Shown here: positions 9,386 through 18,644 of the stretch, one piece after another
Layout of the letters: each line of letters opens with the position of its first letter
Position numbering within the stretch: the stretch's first letter is position 1
From: an uncultured virus (IMG/VR IMGVR_UViG_3300032309_002680)
Taxonomy: Duplodnaviria; Heunggongvirae; Uroviricota; Caudoviricetes
Length of the DNA: 64,000 nucleotides
Virus record (IMG/VR): IMGVR_UViG_3300032309_002680
Strand: one strand, 5' to 3'
Program-made: the position numbers and the translations under genes
The notes under the pieces: model-generated
Database searches by the model: none
What the model was told of the DNA's origin: nothing
The model's input: only the letters and a program-made list of their open reading frames with translations

Positions 9386-10684
9386 ATGGCAACAGTAGTA
9401 AAAAACTTTAGAATAAAATCAGGCCTTGTAGTTGAAGGTGCAACAGGCACAATCAATGGCCAAAATATACTTACAGAAACAGGCGGAGATGCCTACATCC
9501 TTAACCTTGTTGGAGGAGCCACTCTTGTAACATCTGTTGAGTCAACACAGATGGAAGTTATTGCTGGAGAACTTAATATTAAATCTGGCGTATTTGACGC
9601 TTCAGGTTCCGCAGCAGCAGCACAATCTGCAGCAATTTCTGCAGCAGCCTCAGATGCAACAACTAAGGCTAACGCCGCTCAAGCAGCAGCAATTTCTGCA
9701 GCAGCCTCAGATGCAACAACTAAGGCTAACGCAGCACAATCTGCAGCAGCCTCAGATGCAACTACTAAGGCTAACGCAGCACAATCTGCAGCAACCACTG
9801 CAGCAGCCTCAGATGCAACTACTAAGGCTAACGCCGCTCAAGCAGCAGCAGAAGCAACTGCAGCAGCAGCTCTTTCATCTGCAATATCCACAGAGGTTTC
9901 AAATCGTAATACAGCAATTTCAGGAGCAGTAAGTACATTAGTAGACGGCGCACCAGACCTTCTTAATACATTAAATGAACTTGCAGCAGCAATTAATGAT
10001 GACGCTAATTACACAACAACTATTACAACAGCTTTAGGAACAAAAGCTCCTCTAGCATCACCAGCGTTGACTGGAACACCTACTGCGCCAACCGCAGCAG
10101 CAGATACAAATACTACTCAAATAGCTACAACAGCTTTTGCTAAAGCAGAAGCAGATGCAGCCCAAGCAGCAGCAGAAGCAACTGCAGCCTCAGATGCAAC
10201 TACTAAGGCTAACGCAGCACAATCTGCAGCAGAAGCAACTGCAGCCTCAGATGCAACTACTAAGGCTAACGCAGCCCAAGCAGCAGCAGAAGCAACCGCA
10301 GCAGCAGCTAATACAGCACAGCAAAACGGAACCACAGCATTTACAGCAATTAATTACAACTCTGTTGCTAAGCAAGTTGCAGCAACAACTGGAAATATTG
10401 TAAACGCTGCAGCAACAACTGCTATCTCATGGGCAGCAGCAGATTACCGAAGCGCTAAGCTTGTAGTTAAAGCAAAAAATGGTAGCCACACTCAGGTATC
10501 AGACCTAGTAGTTACACTTGATACTTCTAACAACGTAGCAGTTTCTGAATATGGAATTACATATTCAAACGGAACAGAGTTAGCTGCAGTAACCGCAGAT
10601 TATTCTGGCTCAGATGTAAGAATTCGTGTAACCCCAGCAAACAATAACACTGAAGTTGTTGTAGTTGGAACATTAATTAAATAA
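9386..10684 (+). CDS. Ala-rich coiled-coil fibre protein
   Basis: Six AASDATTKANAAQ repeats and a DGAPDLLNTLNELAAAINDD fibre motif. Confidence 0.75.
   Translation: MATVVKNFRIKSGLVVEGATGTINGQNILTETGGDAYILNLVGGATLVTSVESTQMEVIAGELNIKSGVFDASGSAAAAQSAAISAAASDATTKANAAQAAAISAAASDATTKANAAQSAAASDATTKANAAQSAATTAAASDATTKANAAQAAAEATAAAALSSAISTEVSNRNTAISGAVSTLVDGAPDLLNTLNELAAAINDDANYTTTITTALGTKAPLASPALTGTPTAPTAAADTNTTQIATTAFAKAEADAAQAAAEATAASDATTKANAAQSAAEATAASDATTKANAAQAAAEATAAAANTAQQNGTTAFTAINYNSVAKQVAATTGNIVNAAATTAISWAAADYRSAKLVVKAKNGSHTQVSDLVVTLDTSNNVAVSEYGITYSNGTELAAVTADYSGSDVRIRVTPANNNTEVVVVGTLIK
9644..10273 (+). repeat. Six near-identical GCAGCCTCAGATGCAACWACTAAGGCTAACGC units
   Basis: Four copies between about 9644 and 9835, two between about 10184 and 10273. 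Confidence 0.85.
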
Positions 10685-10752
10685 TTAAATAAAGGGCCAG
10701 GGGAGAGCCTGAAATCTCCCCAAAAAAACAATTAGGGGATATGTGAACTTAA

Positions 10753-11112
10753 ATGGCAACAACAGATAAAAACTTTAGAATAAAGAACGGACTCAATGTC
10801 GCAGGATCTGCCACATTCCAGTCTTCAGTCATATTAGGAACAACCCCTTTAAGATTCGATACAGCATCAAATAAATTACAAATTCAATTAGATAATGCTT
10901 GGGTTAACGTTGCACTTGCAACAGATCTCCCAGATCTATCTGAAGAAATTTCATTTATGGACCTTGGTCTGGCAATCGATTATAATGGAGAGCCTATATA
11001 CACAGTTCAAGCCAACGGAGTAGATAATTCAGGCACAACTGGTGTAGCTAGTGGTGGAGATCCCTCTACCTCTTCATTTCAACTTGTTTTTGATTCAGGT
11101 TCAATAGCATAA
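10753..11112 (+). CDS. Small fibre-module protein
   Basis: N-terminus MATTDKNFRIKNGLNV parallels MATVVKNFRIKSGLVV of the 9386 gene. Confidence 0.6.
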   Translation: MATTDKNFRIKNGLNVAGSATFQSSVILGTTPLRFDTASNKLQIQLDNAWVNVALATDLPDLSEEISFMDLGLAIDYNGEPIYTVQANGVDNSGTTGVASGGDPSTSSFQLVFDSGSIA

Positions 11113-11164
11113 CAAAAAAAAATGATATAATATATCATAACTAAAGCAGTAAAAGGGGAATAAA

Positions 11165-12619
11165 ATGTCAACAGTAAGAATTCAAATTCGCAGAGGTACT
11201 GCAGCACAATGGACTGCAGCAAATCCAACTCTAGCCGCAGGAGAAATGGGCGTAGAGTCAGATACTAGAAAAACTAAAATTGGAACAGGTTCTACTGCTT
11301 GGACAGCCCTAGCTTATGCAAACGTTGTTCCTTCAGACTTATCAAATACACTTAGTGACTATCTTGAGGTAGCCGATAGAGGAGTTGCCAACGGAGTTGC
11401 ATCATTAGATGCCCAAGGACAGGTCCCAATTAATCAATTAGGAAATGTAATTGACGCAGCCCCTGGAGTACTAGATACTCTTAACGAGTTAGCAGCAGCC
11501 ATCAATGATGACGCAAGTTTTGTAACTACAATTAACAATAGCATTGCAACTAAATTAGCACTTGCTGGCGGAACAATGACTGGCGTTATTGCAATGGGTA
11601 ATAACAAAATCACAGGTCTTGCAACACCAACAGCAGATTATGATGCATCAACTAAGAAATATGCAGATGATCTACAAACACAGACAGTAGCAGGAATTGC
11701 ATCACACGCTGCTATTAGTACAAACGTTCACGGAGTAGCAGACATGGCAGCATTGGCAACAATGACATATGTCAGCACTGAAGTAACTGCACATAGCAAT
11801 GACACTACGAACGTACACGGAATTGGAAACACAGCATTACTTGCAACTCAAGAATATGCTACTAACGCAGTTACGGCAGAAGCAACTGCCAGAGGTGCAG
11901 CAATTGCAGCAGAAGCAACTGCTAGAGCAGCAGCAATTACAGCTGCCGCTACCACAGCAGCAACAAATTTAGATACCCACACCGCAGATACAACAAGCGT
12001 ACACGGTATTTCAGACACTTCATTACTTGCACTTAAATCAGAAGTTGCTGCAGTAACAGCCGCATCTCTTGGATTAGGTAACGTTACAAATACATCAGAT
12101 GCCGATAAGCCAGTTTCAACAGCACAGGCAACAGCAATAGCTGCAGCTCAAGCAGCAGCAATTGCAGATGCAACATCACAAGTTAATGCAGTAATTGCAT
12201 CAGCACCAGGAGCACTAAATACTCTTGACGAACTAGCAGCAGCACTTGGAGACGATGCAAACTACGCAGCATCAATTACAACAGCATTAGCTGGTAAAGT
12301 AGATTCATACACACCAATTGTAGAAAAAACAGCATCATACACATTGACATCTCTTACTGAAAGAGACGACTTAATTGAAGTAAATTCAACAAGCCCTTGC
12401 GTAATTTCAATTCCAGAGGACGCAACAGTAAACTATCCAGTAGGAACTTCTTTGGATATTCTTCAGACAAATACTGGAGAAGTATCAATTGCACCAGTTA
12501 GCGGAAATGTTACTGTTAACGCAACACCAGGATTAAAACTACGTACTCGGTGGTCATCTGCAACTATATTTAAGAGAGCAGCAAACACTTGGGTCGTTTA
12601 TGGAGATCTTAAAGCTTAA
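11165..12619 (+). CDS. Fibre protein with Mtd-N/hyaluronidase-N-like domain
   Basis: QIRRGTAAQWTAANPTLAAGEMGVESDT; two TL.ELAAA..DD motifs; HGI repeats; LGLGNVTNTSDADKPVS. Confidence 0.75.
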   Translation: MSTVRIQIRRGTAAQWTAANPTLAAGEMGVESDTRKTKIGTGSTAWTALAYANVVPSDLSNTLSDYLEVADRGVANGVASLDAQGQVPINQLGNVIDAAPGVLDTLNELAAAINDDASFVTTINNSIATKLALAGGTMTGVIAMGNNKITGLATPTADYDASTKKYADDLQTQTVAGIASHAAISTNVHGVADMAALATMTYVSTEVTAHSNDTTNVHGIGNTALLATQEYATNAVTAEATARGAAIAAEATARAAAITAAATTAATNLDTHTADTTSVHGISDTSLLALKSEVAAVTAASLGLGNVTNTSDADKPVSTAQATAIAAAQAAAIADATSQVNAVIASAPGALNTLDELAAALGDDANYAASITTALAGKVDSYTPIVEKTASYTLTSLTERDDLIEVNSTSPCVISIPEDATVNYPVGTSLDILQTNTGEVSIAPVSGNVTVNATPGLKLRTRWSSATIFKRAANTWVVYGDLKA

Positions 12620-12660
12620 TTTAAAATAATTAATTTAAATAATATAAAGGGGATAATAAA

Positions 12661-13977
12661 ATGGCAAGAGGTAAAAAAGCAGGTAAAGTATCACAGTCAG
12701 CAAATGACTTTTTAGAGCCAAAGGCACCAACGTCAGTAACCGCAACAGACGTAGGTTCAGGTCGTGCATTCAATAATGGACGGGCTGATGTAACATTTTC
12801 TTTACCAGCAGACTCACCTGCAGCCACATCCTACACAGTAACATCCTCTCCAGGATCATACACTGCGTCAGGAGCATCATCTCCAATATCTGTAACTGGT
12901 CTACAATCAAATACAGCATACACATTTACAGTTATAGCAACAAATGCAGTTGGAAACTCGCCAGCATCTAGTGCGTCTAGTAGCATTACTGCAACAACAG
13001 TTCCTGCTACAATTGGAACACCATCAGCAGCAAACAATGGAGCACAAAACAATCGGGCTTCCTGGTCAACACCAGCAGACGGTGGATCAGCAATTATTGA
13101 TTATTATGTAGAAGATAATGGTGGAGGCGGAGACGACAATAAGACCGTAGCAGTTGGAACAAACAGCGTAGATTTTGCAAGCCAAAACAATGACTTTGTT
13201 TGGAACTTTAGAGTACGGGCTAGAAATGCTAATGGAAGTGGAGAATTTTCTCCTTATTCAGGAAACATTACTACAACCCCATTCAGCTTTGCACCGTTCG
13301 GCTTCACACCGTTCGGCTTCACACCGTTCGGCTTCACACCGTTCGGCTTCACACCGTTCGGCTTCACCCCAGGAAAATCAATTGGAGCAGATACATTAAT
13401 TCATTCAAAGGTTCCTGAAGGTCTTGTGTTAGCTCACAACGTTTCTGCAGGAGATATTTTGTACTCAGCAGCAATTGATGATTTGCCAATGGACGGCGTA
13501 GGACTAGAAGAAATTATTGAATCTTGGTCATCTACTTCACCACAAATTAATACTGATATAGAAACAACAGTGGTATCTATTTCAGCAAATATTGCAATGA
13601 CTACCTATGTAATTAATGGAAATAAATATACAAATACTCACTGGGTATTAGCTAAAAGAGACGGAGTAGCAAGATTTATTTCAGCAAATGAAATTGTAGA
13701 AACAGATTTAATTTACTCTCCAACATTTAGTGACTGGCAGCCAATTATTGAGCTAAGAGTTTCAGAAGGACCAGAGTTAGTTATTACTATTAACACAGAG
13801 CCTTATGACGTATTCTTTACAGACAACTCTTTAGTCCACGACTCAGTTAGACTAGACATAACATCACCTAACGTTATTACTGAGCCAAACCAAAGCGTTT
13901 CTGAATCTCTAGAGGTACTTTACCAGCAATGGAAAGACTCTACAGCAGGAGACACCGACCCTACAACTCCTGCCTAA
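12661..13977 (+). CDS. Fibronectin type III x2 + (PFGFT)n repeat + Hint domain protein
   Basis: FN3 motifs (VTGLQSNTAYTFTVIATNAVG; FRVRARNANG); PFSFA(PFGFT)5; Hint block A SIGADTLI, block B TNTH, block G FFTDNSLVHD. Confidence 0.8.
   Translation: MARGKKAGKVSQSANDFLEPKAPTSVTATDVGSGRAFNNGRADVTFSLPADSPAATSYTVTSSPGSYTASGASSPISVTGLQSNTAYTFTVIATNAVGNSPASSASSSITATTVPATIGTPSAANNGAQNNRASWSTPADGGSAIIDYYVEDNGGGGDDNKTVAVGTNSVDFASQNNDFVWNFRVRARNANGSGEFSPYSGNITTTPFSFAPFGFTPFGFTPFGFTPFGFTPFGFTPGKSIGADTLIHSKVPEGLVLAHNVSAGDILYSAAIDDLPMDGVGLEEIIESWSSTSPQINTDIETTVVSISANIAMTTYVINGNKYTNTHWVLAKRDGVARFISANEIVETDLIYSPTFSDWQPIIELRVSEGPELVITINTEPYDVFFTDNSLVHDSVRLDITSPNVITEPNQSVSESLEVLYQQWKDSTAGDTDPTTPA
13279..13371 (+). 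repeat. 15-bp tandem repeat CCGTTCGGCTTCACA x5 plus one diverged unit
   Basis: Units start at 13294, 13309, 13324, 13339 and 13354 (the last ends ACC). A diverged unit CCATTCAGCTTTGCA starts at 13279. Confidence 0.97.
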
Positions 13978-13982
13978 TAAGC

Positions 13983-14624
13983 ATGCTTAATTTAGTTAAG
14001 CATATTTACAATATGGGATTTGTTGGTGCAAAATCAACAAAAGGTTTTATTTTTCCAATATTTAGAAAATATCCTAAATATATAAAAGGATCCTGGATTC
14101 AATGGACATTAATGCAAGACGTACATGGAAATAGAGGAATTGAATGCCTTTACCTTAATGATAAAAATCCATCTGGAACATTAATATTTTCTAATTTTAT
14201 AAATAATGACTATCCTACTTCATGGATAGATATTTTAAATATACAAGACGATAAAGAAAAAAATTGTAAAGATGCCGTAGTAAACAGAGTTTATTGCCAG
14301 CCCTACTACAGAAGAAAAAAGATAAATATTTCCTTAGCTATATTAGGGTATACTGTTTGGTGGGCAAAGTATAATGTTAGAGTTAGACAAGGTCTTTCTG
14401 CAAGCAAAGCTGCTTCTAATATGCAAAAACAATCAGCTAAATTAATATTGGCTTTAAAATTTAAAAGATCTAAAAATAAAAAAAATGAGAATATAGTTTT
14501 GGGAGAGTCAAAAGAAATTATTCTAGAGCAAGATTTAGAGCACTTCAAAGATCCTATTTTGCCAGCAACTTGGCATTCTCTCAGACCTTACGAAAAAACC
14601 CCAAATGAAATTTTAGAGAAATAA
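13983..14624 (+). CDS. GNAT-like acyltransferase (putative)
   Basis: VNRVYCQPYYRRKKI resembles GNAT acetyl-CoA-binding motif A; ATG at 13983 follows the upstream stop. Confidence 0.45.
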   Translation: MLNLVKHIYNMGFVGAKSTKGFIFPIFRKYPKYIKGSWIQWTLMQDVHGNRGIECLYLNDKNPSGTLIFSNFINNDYPTSWIDILNIQDDKEKNCKDAVVNRVYCQPYYRRKKINISLAILGYTVWWAKYNVRVRQGLSASKAASNMQKQSAKLILALKFKRSKNKKNENIVLGESKEIILEQDLEHFKDPILPATWHSLRPYEKTPNEILEK

Positions 14625-14629
14625 AAATT

Positions 14630-15190
14630 ATGATAACAAAACTAGAAAACATTAGAAACGAATTCTTATATAAACAATATAAAGATATGATTGACTCAAT
14701 GTATGAAGAAGTAGGTTCTGCAAAATGGGGAGTCAGAACAAAAATTAAAACAAAAAAAATTTCTTTGATTGATTATAGAACTTTTAACTTTTTTGGAATG
14801 TACCATAAAGAGATATATAAATTATACCTAGAGATATCTAAAGTTGTCAAAGAACAGTGTCAAATAAATAGCATAAATTTTGAAAAAAATTATTATTATT
14901 TATTAGGAAATATATTAGATCAATCTGTTAGTGAGTTTCTGGTTACAACCCCAGACAGAACAAGATTAAATTTTTCTGGGGTATATGTAATTAAAAGTAA
15001 TGGAAATAAAATGATAATTAATGAAAAAGAAGTAGATACCTTAGAGGGTACCTTGATTATGTTTAATAAAGGAGATATAATAGATTTTTGTGATACAATA
15101 AATAAAGACAGCGTGTTTTTGTATTTTTCTGTATCCACACTACAAAATTTACACAGGCAGTACTATCAGAAATGGATACCGTTAGCTTAA
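14630..15190 (+). CDS. Degenerate paralog of the 17332/17979 2OG-Fe(II) oxygenases
   Basis: FNFFGMYHKEIYKLYLEIS..KEQC..I.FEK..Y and C-terminal WIPL align by eye with 17332; metal-binding His residues are missing. Confidence 0.55.
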   Translation: MITKLENIRNEFLYKQYKDMIDSMYEEVGSAKWGVRTKIKTKKISLIDYRTFNFFGMYHKEIYKLYLEISKVVKEQCQINSINFEKNYYYLLGNILDQSVSEFLVTTPDRTRLNFSGVYVIKSNGNKMIINEKEVDTLEGTLIMFNKGDIIDFCDTINKDSVFLYFSVSTLQNLHRQYYQKWIPLA

Positions 15191-15903
15191 TGAAAATTGA
15201 ATTTCTTCCAAAATATAGAGGCCTTGAGAAGATATTCCCACAGCCTCAATCAGTATCCTCGTTGCTTCCAGAATGGTGGAAAAAACAAAAAAGCTATTTA
15301 AATGACGATACATCCGTTCACAGTGGGAACATGTTATTAACAGTAAAAAAATGTCAAGCAGTTTTTGACTCTATGACTTTTGGATACTATTTGCTTTGTC
15401 CCATGGATCTAAGCATAGATGCCACTGGAGACACATTAACAATTGATATTCCAAACGATACAAGAGAGTTCCAGAAATTTTTATTAGCCCACCATTTATC
15501 TGAACAAATTCAGGAGTATCCTATACCTAATAATTTTCACAAACAGGTTATAAGAATACATCCAATGTGGGTTGTTAGAACAGAGACAGGATATAGTTGC
15601 TTGTTTGTAAACCCAATGCACGGATCAAAAAGCCCTCTACAGGCCATCCCAGGGTTAATAGACACCGATAAGTATGTTTCTGATGGCTATTTGTCCTTTT
15701 TTGTAGAAAAGGGATTTAAGGGAGTAATTGAGCAAGGAACTCCAATTGTTCAAGTTATTCCTTTTAAGAGAGACGACTGGGAAAGCTCTCTTAATAAAGA
15801 AAAAGATTCCGATACTCAAATCAGAGCCCAGCAACTTTCGGTTAGATCGGTTTTTAGAAACGGTTATAGGAAAAAAATGTGGTCGAAAAAAATATTTCGA
15901 TAA
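15190..15903 (+). CDS. DUF6065-like / dUTPase-like-fold phage protein
   Basis: LPEWWKK, TVKKC..VFDSM.FGY, GLIDTD, GTPIVQVIPFKRDDW; TAATG overlap at 15190. Confidence 0.6.
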   Translation: MKIEFLPKYRGLEKIFPQPQSVSSLLPEWWKKQKSYLNDDTSVHSGNMLLTVKKCQAVFDSMTFGYYLLCPMDLSIDATGDTLTIDIPNDTREFQKFLLAHHLSEQIQEYPIPNNFHKQVIRIHPMWVVRTETGYSCLFVNPMHGSKSPLQAIPGLIDTDKYVSDGYLSFFVEKGFKGVIEQGTPIVQVIPFKRDDWESSLNKEKDSDTQIRAQQLSVRSVFRNGYRKKMWSKKIFR

Positions 15904-16589
15904 ATAAAAGTTTTCCCATATTAAGGGCACCATTTGAATCTAACTCTTGGCTAGAAATGTCTTCAATGAGCTTTAAAGATATTTTAAAAGAGTGTAACGT
16001 TTTTTATGATTGGGCAACCTGGGAACAAGTTTTAAAAAAATATAAAGACAATGTTTTAAAACCAATAAACCTATATGTAGATAATTTTGGGATTAAGCCA
16101 GAAGTAGAAGTAGTTTCTAAAAATGAAATTAATTTAATATACAAGAACTACTCAGACATTTTATGGCAAGGACACCCCACAAGTAATAAACAAATATCAA
16201 GTATATTCTATGCATCCGAAAAAGCCATGGTCAGGCAGTTTTATCCATCGTTTTTGTCTATTGAAAGCTTTAAGGAATTGTTAGACCAAAATGATTTTAA
16301 GCAGGCCTCTGATAGAATTTTTAAGATATATGTTCCTTGGATTATTGATTGTTCTGCAGAATACAGCATAAAAAACATTAAAAAAGACCCAGTAATCTGT
16401 ATTATAGAGAGCACTGGAGTCTTTGAAAAAACCGACAATAATGATATAATAAAGGAACCAACTTTTATAGATTTTTGTTTTTTATCTAATGGAAAGCAAA
16501 TAAACCTAATAGAGAGAAATACTCCACTATTTTATATTTCTATAAAAGCTACAGAAAAGGTTATTCAAAAAATTATTAATGAGCAATAA
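15879..16589 (+). CDS. Hypothetical protein, possibly a diverged paralog of the flanking DUF6065-like genes
   Basis: KIYVPWII and IERNTPLFYI echo WKIPWH and IKKGTPIFQV of the 16579 gene. Confidence 0.45.
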   Translation: MVEKNISINKSFPILRAPFESNSWLEMSSMSFKDILKECNVFYDWATWEQVLKKYKDNVLKPINLYVDNFGIKPEVEVVSKNEINLIYKNYSDILWQGHPTSNKQISSIFYASEKAMVRQFYPSFLSIESFKELLDQNDFKQASDRIFKIYVPWIIDCSAEYSIKNIKKDPVICIIESTGVFEKTDNNDIIKEPTFIDFCFLSNGKQINLIERNTPLFYISIKATEKVIQKIINEQ

Positions 16590-17331
16590 CAATTTAATAA
16601 TCAAATTTACCCCAGCAGAGGTTAATCTTAATTTTGAGCCAAAAGACTATGCGCCACCATCTCCTGCAATAAATAAATTGCCAGAATGGTATAGAAAGCT
16701 TTCTAGGTTTCAAACATCTAATGATTTGTCAAAGTTGTTCCCAGTAAATGATAGAGGCACTGATGGTAGTGCTGGTTCTACTAAATTGTGTATGCCATTT
16801 CTTGATTCCCTATCGGCAGGTTACATGTTTTGCTTAGAAGATGATATTGAAGTAACTTTAGATAAAAGCGGGTTTCCTTCTATTAAAAATACAAATAATT
16901 TTATGTTGGTTGATAAAAGAAATATGGTTGAGGTTGCAGTTCCACACGAACACCACCCTATGCATTATGGATGGAAGATCCCTTGGCATTGCGAAACTCC
17001 ACCAGGGTATTCTATTTTAATTACACACCCACACAATAGGCACGACCTACCCTTTACTACTCTTTCTGGAATCATAGACTCTGACGATTGGAACGCACCA
17101 GTGTTTACAGCATTTTTTCTAAAAAGAAATTTTATGGGAACTATTAAAAAAGGAACTCCTATATTCCAAGTTTTTCCATTTAAAAGAGAAAACTGGGAAA
17201 TGTCATTAGATTATTCTAAAGAAGATATTGTGCAAAAAAAGATTAAAGAAGAAAAAAGAAGAATATCAATATATTCATACTATAAAGACTTTGTATGGAA
17301 AAGAAAAACCTACACGAGGAAAGAGGAATAA
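16579..17331 (+). CDS. DUF6065-like / dUTPase-like-fold phage protein
   Basis: LPEWYRK, TKLCMPFLDSLSAGY, TPPGYS.L.THP.NR.DLPF, GIIDSD, GTPIFQVFPFKRENW. Confidence 0.6.
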   Translation: MSNNNLIIKFTPAEVNLNFEPKDYAPPSPAINKLPEWYRKLSRFQTSNDLSKLFPVNDRGTDGSAGSTKLCMPFLDSLSAGYMFCLEDDIEVTLDKSGFPSIKNTNNFMLVDKRNMVEVAVPHEHHPMHYGWKIPWHCETPPGYSILITHPHNRHDLPFTTLSGIIDSDDWNAPVFTAFFLKRNFMGTIKKGTPIFQVFPFKRENWEMSLDYSKEDIVQKKIKEEKRRISIYSYYKDFVWKRKTYTRKEE

Positions 17332-17982
17332 ATGGAGTATCTATTGTCTGGAAAAAATAAACCTAGTGGAAAACCCCACAAGTTTTTTGAAAGAATTTTG
17401 GACAACGACTTAAAAGAGTTGTCTTTGTTTTTACAAGATCAGTATTCTAAAATTGAAAATTTAAGCATGAAAGGCATTACCGAGGTGTCTAAATCGGATT
17501 ACTGGAAAGAGTCTGGTAGCGTATCTACAATAAAATGGAGAGACTATAATGTTTTTCAATTTTACCACCCAGGGATATACAATTTGTATAAGGAGCTGTC
17601 TAGTGTAATTAAAGAAGCTTGCTCTTATTATGAAATTGATTTTGATAAACAAAAATATATGGTTCAGGGATGGTTTAATATAAATTATTCAGAAGTTGGA
17701 AAGCTAGATTGGCACGACCACGGAGGTCCTTATGCTCCTTATTTCCATGGATTCTATTGCGTAAAAGCAGAACCTTCAATTACTTATTATAAAGTTTTTG
17801 AAAAAGAAATTGAAAATCATAACATAGACAATCGAATGATTGTTTCAGAAATGGGTCACCCGCATGCTATGGGTAATTGGGACTGGGAAGGTCCTAGAAT
17901 TACAATTGCCTACGACATAATGCCACTAAATTCTATTATTGAAGCAAAAGCAAGTCCTCAACATTGGATTCCGCTATTATGA
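17332..17982 (+). CDS. 2OG-Fe(II) oxygenase-like protein
   Basis: WFNIN...WHDH, HGFYCV, distal HPH and RITIAYD. Confidence 0.7.
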   Translation: MEYLLSGKNKPSGKPHKFFERILDNDLKELSLFLQDQYSKIENLSMKGITEVSKSDYWKESGSVSTIKWRDYNVFQFYHPGIYNLYKELSSVIKEACSYYEIDFDKQKYMVQGWFNINYSEVGKLDWHDHGGPYAPYFHGFYCVKAEPSITYYKVFEKEIENHNIDNRMIVSEMGHPHAMGNWDWEGPRITIAYDIMPLNSIIEAKASPQHWIPLL

Positions 17983-18644
17983 AAGAAAAAAAAGATCAAA
18001 GATTTTTTGAAAGAACTTTAGATAACAATTTAGAAAATCTTTATAATTTTTTGTTAGAAAAAAATAATGAATTAGTTGAACAGGCAAGCAAAGAAATGGG
18101 AGAAGGTTTAGACAAAGCGCTAGCCCAAGATCCAGGAATTCTGGATGCTATTGCTACAAAAAATAGTGAAAAATATAATCTTTGGACATTTGACAACCCA
18201 GAAATAAAAAAGTTAAAAGAGGCTATTGCCGACATGACAAAAGAAGCTTGCGAGTACTATGAGTATAAAGATAGTTCGTCAAAATTTATTACTCATGCTT
18301 GGTTTAATTTAGATAGAAAAATAGATGATCTTCGTCAGTCTGTAGACCCAAGAAAAGAAAGTTCGTTTTTTCATGACCACATGGACGGATCAGGATTTCC
18401 GCAGCTACACGGATTCTACTGTGTAAAAGCAGAGCCTTCAAGCACTTATTATAAAATTAACAATAAAGATATCTTTGAAAATGTTAATAAAAACAACAGG
18501 GCTATTTTATCGGAAACTGGCAATCCACACGGTAGAGGTAATTGGTACGAAGATGAACCAAGAATGACAATAGCCTATGATGTTATTGTGGTTCCAAATG
18601 GACCAATGGGCATAGATAGTGTTTTTGTGGATCTGTTTGAATGA
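17979..18644 (+). CDS. 2OG-Fe(II) oxygenase-like protein, tandem paralog of 17332
   Basis: Shares FFER.LDN.L, HDH, HGFYCVKAEPS.TYYK, PH and R.TIAYD; ATGA overlap. Confidence 0.7.
   Translation: MKEKKDQRFFERTLDNNLENLYNFLLEKNNELVEQASKEMGEGLDKALAQDPGILDAIATKNSEKYNLWTFDNPEIKKLKEAIADMTKEACEYYEYKDSSSKFITHAWFNLDRKIDDLRQSVDPRKESSFFHDHMDGSGFPQLHGFYCVKAEPSSTYYKINNKDIFENVNKNNRAILSETGNPHGRGNWYEDEPRMTIAYDVIVVPNGPMGIDSVFVDLFE

Noticed and set aside
9537..10403. Gln-rich ORFs 9537-9932 and 10137-10403
   Set aside because: Alternate-frame read-outs of GCA-rich Ala repeats in the fibre gene.
10700..10739. GGGGAGA/TCTCCCC hairpin with alternative pairing to a downstream GGGGA, as a terminator or switch
   Set aside because: Followed by an A run rather than a U run, and the alternative stem is only about 5 bp; too weak to call.
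11165..12619. Diversity-generating retroelement suggested by the Mtd-N-like domain
   Set aside because: No reverse transcriptase and no template/variable repeat pair seen in the window; this N-terminal domain is common on ordinary fibres.
13294..13368. CRISPR array
   Set aside because: The 15-bp units are directly adjacent with no spacers and lie in a coding frame.
13175..13399. ORF with HRSAS repeats
   Set aside because: Off-frame shadow of the PFGFT minisatellite.
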